From Selaginella moellendorffii (Eukaryota > Plantae > Lycopodiophyta): a stretch of 64,000 bases of DNA. Below, piece by piece: positions 24,314-33,669 of the stretch. Within the stretch, counting starts at the first letter, position 1; each line of letters opens with the position of its first letter. The position numbers and the translations under genes were made by a program. The stretch is from positions 2,151,419 to 2,215,418 of the forward strand of contig NW_003314275.1 in NCBI RefSeq assembly GCF_000143415.4. Direction: 5' to 3'. The notes under the pieces are model-generated. The model was not told the origin of the DNA, ran no database searches, and worked only from the letters and a program-made list of their open reading frames with translations.

Positions 24314-24744
24314 TAGCATTACACTATAGAGTTTACATACAACTTTGTGTCAAAGTTGCTTCCTCTGGGAATTTCTTTCCTACAACTTTAGTATGACCCA
24401 TTTTGCTATCAATGAGATACCCACTATTTTCATACTTGGATTTTATGATCCTCCTCATCCTTCATGAGGTACAACATTTCAGTCCAAATGCTTACACTAG
24501 TCTTTTAGAACCATTCCTTGACTCCACTTGAGTCATCTAGCTTTTTGGACTTCACTAATTCGACAACTTATAAGGTCCTATTTTTGAGGTGCCAGCTCGT
24601 TAGAATACAAGTTCTTGTATTCGTGTTCTACCTATAAAAACCATTCATGCAAGTGTTACTCAAACACTTGATTATTTTTTGTTTCTTGTGAGTTGCTTTT
24701 ACCCCTTATGACTATCTATCCATATGATGAGAATACCAATTCAT

Positions 24745-26610
24745 TGTAAGCGACTAAATTTTCCATTCTACTTTAGTCACTTAACCACACTTCCAACCAC
24801 TTGGAGGAGTCTCACTCACAACCTCCATAAGTCCCATTTCAGACTTGGGCTTGCTAGCTCTGAGAATGGCATCCCCGCCACTCAACTTTTGCACTTGATC
24901 CAAGTGCTCCACGTGTCCGATCCCATGACCGACACCCCAAGGTACCACCGATATATCAGCCCGTTACGCTAAGGCCATACCCCTTTACCTTGGTCACACC
25001 AATGGTCTAACACCATCTACATCACAGTCCCATCTCTCAAGGACTGGGCCATCCGTCCATGAGTGATCATTCCAAATCCACTCCTTAGCATCCTTAGGAT
25101 GCCCGCAGACATGGGGAATAGTCTTCCCCAATATCCCTTTTCCGGTCTTCATCAAGTCCCTTTTTGCCCATGGCCGTGTTCGCCAACACTGCCACTGGAT
25201 CGAGGCTTACAGGCCTGACCACTAAGTCCCACAGTCCTCTGGGACTTCCTCCCCACTCGACTGTATCCTTGGTCACTACACCAGAGGACTACTCCTCTTC
25301 CTTTCCACAGTCTGGGCCTTTGGGACAACATTTCGGAACACCGTAGCCTTACGCGGGCCTCATGGGTACTCTCCCCGCCTTCCACCTTTGGGTGCTCTAG
25401 CCATGGGCTTAGAGCAAGGTTCCGTTGAGCCACACCAAGTATCCAAGTAGGTAATGCCACCCACACTTGGATTGGGAGCATTGCCCAGTCGATCTCCCGG
25501 GGGAACTAGAGCCGGCTCTTGAACACTTCACCAAGCTACCCCGCTTGTCGGTCCGTATTCACTCTAGTCTTGGACTTCCCAGTGGTCAGCTCATCACCCA
25601 ACACTGGGTCTGGCCTTCTTGGGCCCAACTGGCCTTTCCTGGGCCAAACTGGCCTTTCCTGGCCAAACTGGCTCCACTGGGCTCCAACCCCCACACTCTC
25701 CCTACTATACTTTTGGAACCCCCTGCAGCCCCCCCCCCCCCCCTGGGGGACGATCGCTTTGGGCTTTCACCCAACTGCCTGTATTAGTATTCGGTCTCGG
25801 TCCCAGTTTCGGACTCGGACTCGGTCTTGGTCTCGGTCACAGCCTCGGTCTCGGTCTCGGTCTCGGTTCCATCTCAGACTCCATCTCGGACTCCATCTCA
25901 GATCCATCTCGGACTCCATCTCGGACTCCATCTCGGACTCCATCTCGGGTCCATCTCGGGTCCATCTCGGACTCCATCTCGGGTCCATCTCGGACTCCAT
26001 CTCGGGTCCATCTCAGACTCCATCTCGGGTCCATCTCGGATTCCATCTCGGACTCCATCTCGGGTCCATCTCGGACTCCATCTCGGACTCCATCTCGGGT
26101 CCATCTCGGACTCCATCTCAGACTCCATCTCGGGTCCATCTCGGACTCCATCTCGGGTCCATCTCGGACTCCATCTCGGGTCCATTTCGGACTCCATCTC
26201 GGACTCCATCTCGGGTCCATCTCGGACTCCATCTCGGGTCCTATCTTGGGTCCCATCTCAGGTCCATCTCGGGTCCATCTCAGACTCCATCTCGGGGTCC
26301 TTCTCGGACTCCACTTTAGACTCCAACTCGGGCCCCTCTCGGACTCCACTTCGGACTCCAACTCGGGTCCATCTTGGGCACTTCCACGTGTCATGTGTTT
26401 GTCCTTTTGGGTCCCTTTTTGGAGCCTCGCTTATTGCTCGCTTTGTGCTCATTCCTTGAGCACTTCGTTGGGAGTTCCACTCCCGCTCTTGACTTTTCAA
26501 GTCCGAGCTTTTGGTCCAAACGTGTTACGCTCGTTTGGCTCTCGCTTCGGCCACTACCACGTGGCACCCCTCCGGCTCCACTTTGGGGCCTAGGGATTTT
26601 GTGTCTCACA
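24745..26610 (-). mobile_element. solo LTR of the A/B family
   Basis: TGTAAGCGAC...GTGTCTCACA with TSD TTCAT at 24740-24744 and 26611-26615. Confidence 0.93.
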
Positions 26611-27284
26611 TTCATCCTCTAAGCACACCCTTAATTCCTTAGGTTTGATTCAGCATTTATAAAAGGTAGCCCCGACTACTATTTCAAGGACTTATGTCCT
26701 CATCCGTATTTGACCTCTCACGGTCATTAATTCCGGTCTCAAAAACATGAGCACCAACTTTAACTATATAAAGATAATCTTGTGACTCTTTTATTGTTTT
26801 GGAGTCTTTATCTTTTCTGTGATCCCAACTATAGTTATTTATCACAGGGTACACAAGGTACACTATCTCATGGGTATTCTCGAATGCTATGCTTGGATAC
26901 CTAGTGTGGCTCAACAAAACCTCACTCTAAGCCCATGTAAAGCACCTAAAAGTGGAAGGTGGGGAGAATACCCATGAGATAGTGTACCCTAGGCACCCTA
27001 TGATAAATACCCACTAGTGTCTCTGGCATTTGCCATGTAGAAAGGTATCCACCCACTATTGAAATTTAGCCAAGTGTTGGGGCTGTGGCCACGTGGAAAT
27101 AATTGGGCAGCGGGTGAGCGGGTGGGCGGAAGGGCGCAGCAGCGACAGATGGGAGTGGGAGTGCTGCAGAAAAAACAAAAAAAAAAGCCTAATGCCATGT
27201 CACTGCCAAATAAGTGGAGAGAGTGAATCAGGATGGTGTTTTTTTGGGCCATCCGTCTAAAGATTCTCCAGTATAGTCCGGTTC

Positions 27285-28400
27285 CCTAAGCTTTTGAACT
27301 TGTTTCGCGCGCATTATTCTTCTCACACAAACTTGAAGGCACGAACTCGTACTTATTCTTACGATTTTTTGGTGACACCCTGGAGCAAATGGAAGCTTCC
27401 AGCCCCTTCTAGAACATGCCCTCAGGCCATATAAGCCCATGCTCCTTCTCAATTCTGTATCCCATCACTTCTCCAGAACACCTTCTCCTTTCTCCACAAT
27501 ACCGGAGAGGTAGGGGGGTTTGAATCGAGTGGGCGTTTTCTCTCACATTCGTCTTCTGTCCCTCTTTTGTGATGCATCTTGTGCACTCCCTCTTGGCAGC
27601 AGCCCTGTTTCACCACACCATTGGTGATGGAGGTGTCGTTGCCAAGGAAACTTTCCTTAGCTTTCCTTGGCGCCGACACCTCTGCCATCACCAATGGCAT
27701 GGTGCTTAAAAATAGTTTGGAATACTGCCAGCCAAGGAAAATCATTTGCATCAACCACAAGCAACAAAGGAAGTAAGAGAGGAGGAAGAGGAGGAAACAA
27801 GAGAACATTTTGGCACTCTCAGTGTTGCTCAGGCAAGTTTAATGTTGTTCCTACTCTGTTACTCTCCTTTGTTGGTTGTGATTAGTGCGATCTTCCATCT
27901 TCTCCAGTGCGTCGATCTTCAAGGATTTCACTTCACGCTGCTCTCAAGCCTGCCTTTCGCCACAATTTCTCCTTGAGCTCTTTCACAAGGTTGTGCTTCT
28001 TTGCTGTGATGGCTTTCAGTTGCTTGGACAAGTTCTCCTTCACCGGGAAGAAATGCTAGTGACTTCTTTCCTTCTGCGACGTCAAGCCTGTGGCCACTAC
28101 CACAGCCTTCCTTTCTCGGCCACAGAGCTGCTGATTTCTTTCTCAAACCTTTCTTTGTCTGTGAGCCTCCTCACTGACGTTGTCCCGACCTCCGCAGCGC
28201 TGCTGCAGACAGAATACATTGCCACCAGCGTGTTTGCCACGGCCCACAAGCTCTGTTCTTGCTACACTCTTAGGAGGACATGTACAGGAGACGAGATGGA
28301 TGCTGGGAATCTTTACTTGGACCTTTAGTGATATTAAGTTTCGCCGATCCTGATTCCATGGGCTTTGAAATCCAGCGCCCAAAATGAATGGAGCGAACCT
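27285..28400 (-). pseudogene. decayed coiled-coil gene copy 3
   Basis: Homologous to 4240-5750; frameshifted (..KSLKIDALEKMED..); upstream end resembles exon 1 of the gene at 2780-3783. Confidence 0.5.
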
Positions 28401-28491
28401 AAACAAAAAACAATCTTAAGTTAAATGTTTAAACACAAAACTAATCTAAACATAGTAACTTTAATGCCGAGAGTTAGGGTTCTTGGCAGCT

Positions 28492-29751
28492 ATGGAGCCT
28501 GTGATATTTGGCGACGAGGCGGTGCCTCAGATGCTTCTTCTCCTCTCCCAGGCCGCGCGGGATATCGGCGCTCTGGACCTCTCGTCTCCGCCTGCGAGGA
28601 ACAAGAATCCGGTCTCCACGCCATCGAAATCCAGGTATCATCGCGCATTGCTCCGAGAAGCGCCAAGATCCAGCAACAATGCCCTGGAAGCTAGGCTTCT
28701 CCAGGGGGCCTGCTCGGTCTCTCTTAGCAGCAGGGCGGCCCAACCAGAGAGGGAGATGGATCCATCTCCATCGGCAAGGTCAAATTCGAATTTCGAGAAG
28801 TACAGGGTCTCTGGCCAGGCTAGAATCCTCATGAACAATCTCACAGTTCTAGAGCGAGCGGCGATCGGCGCTGCTGCCGGAGGAATCGCTGGCGCTTTTA
28901 CCTACGCTTGCCTGCATCCGCTAGACACGATCAAGACGCGGCTCCAGACGCGAGGGGCGGCAGAGGCGTACAAAGGCTCGATCGACGCAGCGGTGAAAAT
29001 CCTCCAGAGCAAAGGCCTGGCGGGGTTTTACAGCGGGATCTCGGCCGTGATCGTCGGCTCCATGGTCTCCTCCGCGATCTACTTTGGAACTTGCGAGTTT
29101 GGGAAGTCCTTCCTCTCGAAGGTGGCGAAGTTCCCGCCACTGCTCGTGCCGCCGGTGGCCGGAGCCATGGGAAACATCGTCTCGTCGGCCATCCTCGTTC
29201 CAAAGGAGGTGATCACGCAGAGGATGCAAGCCGGTGCCAAGGGAAGATCCTGGAACGTCTTAATGAGAACTCTGGAGAGGGATGGACTGAAGGGGCTCTA
29301 TGTCGGCTACTCGGCAGCTCTGCTCAGGAATCTACCGTCGGGGGTGATCAACTTCTCCACCTTCGAGTACCTGAGAGTGGCGTGGCTGCGAGTCTCGGGC
29401 CAGGATAGCTTGGAGCCATGGCAGAGCGTGAGCTCGGGAGCTCTGGCCGGTGCCATCGCTGCGGCGCTGACGACCCCGATGGACGTCGTCAAGACGAGGC
29501 TGATGACGCAGTCGAGAGAGAGGGCGGCGGCGTTCACGTACGAGGGCGTGACGAGAACGCTGGAGAGGATCTGGATCGAGGAAGGATGGGCCGGGGTGAC
29601 CAGAGGCATGGGTCCACGGCTGCTCCACAGCGCTTGCTTCTCGGCGATTGGGTTCTTTGCGTTTGAGACGGCGAGGTTTGAGATTCTCAAGCGCCATGTC
29701 GCCAACAAGCAAGCGGAGATGTTGGAAGTGGAAGTCGACGAGAAGAAGTGA
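28492..29751 (+). CDS. MFL1: mitochondrial carrier family protein, plastid MITOFERRINLIKE1-like
   Basis: Intronless; three carrier motifs PLDTIKTRLQ, PKEVITQRMQ, PMDVVKTRLM; long N-terminal extension; LERAAIGAAAGGIAGAFTY and AIYFGTCEFGKS resemble MFL1. Confidence 0.85.
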   Translation: MEPVIFGDEAVPQMLLLLSQAARDIGALDLSSPPARNKNPVSTPSKSRYHRALLREAPRSSNNALEARLLQGACSVSLSSRAAQPEREMDPSPSARSNSNFEKYRVSGQARILMNNLTVLERAAIGAAAGGIAGAFTYACLHPLDTIKTRLQTRGAAEAYKGSIDAAVKILQSKGLAGFYSGISAVIVGSMVSSAIYFGTCEFGKSFLSKVAKFPPLLVPPVAGAMGNIVSSAILVPKEVITQRMQAGAKGRSWNVLMRTLERDGLKGLYVGYSAALLRNLPSGVINFSTFEYLRVAWLRVSGQDSLEPWQSVSSGALAGAIAAALTTPMDVVKTRLMTQSRERAAAFTYEGVTRTLERIWIEEGWAGVTRGMGPRLLHSACFSAIGFFAFETARFEILKRHVANKQAEMLEVEVDEKK

Positions 29752-29866
29752 AACAAAGTTTTGAGCTCGACCGAGCAAGCCTCAGAAAAAGTAAAGGGTC
29801 AACGGTCAATGAATACTGCTCTTTGGTCAATGGTCGCTAGGGTTCTTGGTTTAGGGTTTGATCGTA

Positions 29867-30448
29867 ATGCTGGAGAGTCAGATGGCTGTGGTGGCAGTGG
29901 CGGCCGTGGCCGCGATCGCCGTGGGTGGAGCTGCGATCGCATTCATGTACCATTGCTGCCAAGATCAGGTGAAGCGGCAAAAGAAGGAGAAGGTTGAGAG
30001 AATCAATTCGCAATTGGGGATTCGCGACGAGGATGCGCACCACCGCTACGAGCGGCGGGAGGAAGTGGTGGAGATCGGGAAGGCCAAGCGCCCGGCGGTG
30101 AGGACCGTGGAAGAAATCAAGGCGTACTATGGCCGGCCTTCGAGGAAGGTGAGTTTTTTTTTTCTAGATCTGAGCAATGGTGTGATGGGAAAACCACAAA
30201 TCGCAGGACGCGTCATCCACCGCTGGAATCGCCACAGAGGCCAAGAACAAGCTCATGGAGCGCGGGGAGAAGCTCCAGGTTTTAAGAATCCCTTGTGCTT
30301 TCCATATCAATGTTTCCATTCTTTGTGTGCTTCTATGCAGGCTGTCAACGACAAGACCCAAGAGCTTGAATCACAGGCCGAGAGCTTCGCATCGCTGGCG
30401 GAAGAACTCGCCAAGAAAATGAAGGCCAGAAAATGGTGGGAGTTGTAA
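29867..30448 (+). CDS. small protein: N-terminal hydrophobic anchor plus tomosyn-type C-terminal R-SNARE coil (3 exons)
   Basis: Introns 30149-30206 and 30279-30340 give ...RTVEEIKAYYGRPSRK|DASSTAGIATEAKNKLMERGEKLQ|AVNDKTQELESQAESFASLAEELAKKMKARKWWEL*. Confidence 0.8.
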   Translation: MLESQMAVVAVAAVAAIAVGGAAIAFMYHCCQDQVKRQKKEKVERINSQLGIRDEDAHHRYERREEVVEIGKAKRPAVRTVEEIKAYYGRPSRKVSFFFLDLSNGVMGKPQIAGRVIHRWNRHRGQEQAHGARGEAPGFKNPLCFPYQCFHSLCASMQAVNDKTQELESQAESFASLAEELAKKMKARKWWEL

Positions 30449-30499
30449 ACTTTGTAAATGAATTCCTCTTGTGTAAGTAAGAACAGTATCGGATTGAAT

Positions 30500-31441
30500 T
30501 TATTTCGACCCTTTCCGCGACCGCGCGAGCAATCCTTCCACCATTTCCAATCTCTTGAACAGGACGAGCGACAAGATGAGCAATCCCAGTGACGCTCCCG
30601 TGCAAATCACGATGATCTTCCCGAAGTACATGTTATCGTCGGTTTCGTGGCCATTGGGCACATTCATGCCAAACAATCCAGTGATGGAGTTGAACACGCT
30701 GGTGATACAAAAGGTGGCGGCCGCGATCACGAGCATGGAAGTCTCCCTCTTGGCGCTCGCCTCTGCCATTCGCGACTTGGCAACCTCCTCCACGCACTCG
30801 ATCGTGGATTTCTTGCAATGCTTCAATCCCTGGTTGATCCCCGCTAGGAGTGGCTTGTACGCGCAGAGAGACCTCGCGAGATCTTGGTTGCCACCATCGT
30901 CATTCTCGTAGAGGGCGGATTGAATGTTCCTCGCGATCGCGTATGTGGATGAGATCTCTTGCTTCAACTGTGCTGTCGCGATTCTAACTGTGGGGAGATC
31001 ACCCACGCAGCAATTTGATGCCTGGCACCGCAATACCTCCGCGCGACCCACAAGATTGGCCGCCCGAGGGCCTAGAAATCGCCACACCTCGTCGATCCCA
31101 CTCGCCAGAGCTAGAGACTGGAAAGCAGTGGGAGTTTTCCTATCGATCGACGAGTTTTCGCTGGAATTGTTGCTAGATCGAAGCTTGGACCCGAGATCCT
31201 CGATGTAGGCATTGGCGAGGCCACTATCTAGCACAAAGACCTCGATCCCGGCGATGATACAGCACAGATACTCGAGATTCATGACGATCACCCCCCAGTA
31301 ATTCGCGATTGTCACCATCGAGCTTTGGGACACAACAAAAGGAGGCACCAGAGGGAATCGCTGGTTGATATCGTTGGTATCGAGTGGCCACGCCTGGATC
31401 TTTCCTGCCGAATCCATCCTTTTCCACGCCCTGGCAGACAT
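30500..31441 (-). CDS. divergent CorA/MRS2-like Mg2+ transporter
   Basis: Intronless 313 aa; two C-terminal TM segments with the GMN signature (ITGLFGMNVPN). Confidence 0.65.
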   Translation of the reverse strand: MSARAWKRMDSAGKIQAWPLDTNDINQRFPLVPPFVVSQSSMVTIANYWGVIVMNLEYLCCIIAGIEVFVLDSGLANAYIEDLGSKLRSSNNSSENSSIDRKTPTAFQSLALASGIDEVWRFLGPRAANLVGRAEVLRCQASNCCVGDLPTVRIATAQLKQEISSTYAIARNIQSALYENDDGGNQDLARSLCAYKPLLAGINQGLKHCKKSTIECVEEVAKSRMAEASAKRETSMLVIAAATFCITSVFNSITGLFGMNVPNGHETDDNMYFGKIIVICTGASLGLLILSLVLFKRLEMVEGLLARSRKGSK

Positions 31442-32705
31442 TGCGATCGCAAAAAGGCTCCACCATTCATCAATCCTTTGTCCCTGCCCTATTTTAGATT
31501 CCGCGCCGTATTTTAAATTCGAGTCAACGGCCTCGATTCGAGCTAGGGCTAATCGCTAATCTATTTTTTCTGTTAATATATTTGCCTGTGTAAAGTATTT
31601 TCTGTTATTTTATTATTCGTAAACATAATTATAGAAAATTTTAAAGGAAAATTCAAGAATATACCATTTATATAATTTTTTTATTCTATAAAAGTTTTCC
31701 ATCAAGCTGAATTCTCAAGTTCCAGGATTTCTTTTAGACATTCTTGAGGTTCTTCACTGAAACCTATTTAGCACCAAGGTAGCCTATAGCGTGTGAGCCA
31801 TAAGAGATATTTTTAATGTGGAGCGAGGACAACCAATTGCTAGATTCCTCTTGCCTGTGGATGTCTCCTAAAAAATTCCTCTTCTTGCCTGCATTGTCGC
31901 ACAAAGTTAGTTAATGGACGGCTGACTTAGTTAAAAGACTGACTTAGTTAAAAGAGCTCCCAGATCCCACCATAAGACAGTGCGCCAGTCAACAAGTACA
32001 TGATCTTATTTCTAACACATTGGGTGAGATTCCAAACATGTGGATTTGATGCTATTCGATGATATATATGTATGCATATATCTATAACTTTGTTTTAGTG
32101 CCATGATAACAAACTTTTTGCAGATATATCTAGGATATGCTCCAATGGTAATATGCATATTTTATAAAATATAAACATATTTACAATTTATAATCATTCT
32201 TACATCTAAGCAATGTATCAGTTGTGATTTGTTTTTTCTTAAACTTTTAATTCTCTAATTCTTTTGTAGTCAATAAACCATGTTATCTACTTATCTTTAA
32301 TATAAACCATGTTTAAATTCAAAACTGTTTCAAAGAAAAGAAAAAGAAAAGGAAATGTGCATCTACTACCATTTGATTTGCTTGTAATACCAGTTAGTTT
32401 TTTTTGGATTATAAAATATTTAGTGCCATGGCACAATTACATTTGCTTGAAGTTGCTTGTTCTTAGAAGCTACAGCCAAGTGGCTATGGAAGTGGGCTTT
32501 TCCATGGGCAATCATTGGATGATCACCACTATTTAGCTCACCATTAAAGAACTTGAGCTTCTAAGTTCTTATAATTTTTAAATACATTAGAGTGTAAAGT
32601 TTTAGATTCAATTTGTTCCTATAACATTACTAAAGTTACTAGGGGTTACAAGATTATAACCACTATCTTTTAAGATAGGGCTAAAGTTTCTAAATGTCTC
32701 AGGCC

Positions 32706-33284
32706 TATAAATAATTAAAAAGATTGACTCGAGAGATAATTTATAAAAGTTCAAATATAGAGGGAAAGGGCTTAGTGCAATTTTTTTCTAATTGGTTAAA
32801 GGTTTTAAGATATTTGGGGTTAAGTGTTCTTGGGTTTGAATAGTATTAGGCTATGTGACCTCCTAGGAAGTTTAAATTCAAGAGCTTACATTTGGTATCA
32901 AAAAAATCTCAAATCAAACTTTGTTGATTAGCTAAAAGAATCACACATCACATGTTAAAATTGATATTTGGTAGGTATAATTTACCTCTAACTGGGCTCA
33001 ATCCAAAGGTAAGGTGAGGTGTCAAGAAAGTGGGGCTCTTGGGAGAGCTATGGCTCTTAGTTTTCATTCATAAGGGCATAAATTTGTAAGGAAGTATGGT
33101 GGATTATAAACAATTAAAGGGAACAATTTGAGAGATGATTTATAAAGGTTTAAATATAGAGGAAAAGGGCCAATGAATAAAAGTTTATTCCATTTTCCAA
33201 TTAATTAAGAGTTTTGGGATATTTAAGGTTAAATATCCTTAAGTTTGACTCTTGGGAAGTCCAAAATAAACTCATGAGCTTAAA
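32706..33284 (+). mobile_element. degenerate full-length Cassandra-like TRIM
   Basis: LTRs ~32706-32890 and ~33105-33284 homologous to 24121-24313; PBS TTTGGTATCA at 32891; ~210-bp non-coding interior; 5S-like block 32819-32873. Confidence 0.75.
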
Positions 33285-33669
33285 ATATAAAGGACTTCCA
33301 ACCACCTTCCCACTAATGATATATTAAAAATCTAGATTCTTAAATGTATTTTATCTAACTATCAGGTAGAAACATAAAATGTCCATGCCACCTTTACCAC
33401 TAACACAGCCCAAATTATGAGGATGTATTCCATGATATTATATATAACTACCTTAAATTCAAGATACTTTATTTTAGTAAATCTTATGACTTGGTTATGT
33501 TCTTTAAACTCAATGACTCTTACCATATTTCTAGAAGAATTTAGGGAAGTAGAGGATTAAGCAAGTAGTGAGATTATAATTAAAATTTGTAAATAACTAA
33601 TAACAAATATCACCTATTGCTTCTATTGCATTATTAATATTAAAAATTTAATTGTGAAGTCTAGTATGG

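Larger units (their letters stand above)
11849..26847 (-). mobile_element. older truncated LTR retroelement (element A), same family as 15116-22852, host of three nested insertions
   Basis: 3' LTR 11849-13273 (TGTAAG...CACA) with PPT complement ACTCCACCA at 13274; internal pieces 13274-15110, 22858-24120, 24319-24744 and 26616-26847 are collinear with the reverse complement of element B's internal region, with many transitions; 5' LTR absent. Confidence 0.85.
10780..27240 (+). mobile_element. Mutator-like (MULE) element with ~200-bp TIRs, inflated by nested LTR insertions
   Basis: 10780-11010 (AACACCATCCTGATTCACTCTCTC...CCACGTGGCCACAGCCCCAACACTT) is inverted at 27063-27240; a MULE transposase relic lies inside; TSD not found. 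Confidence 0.65.
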
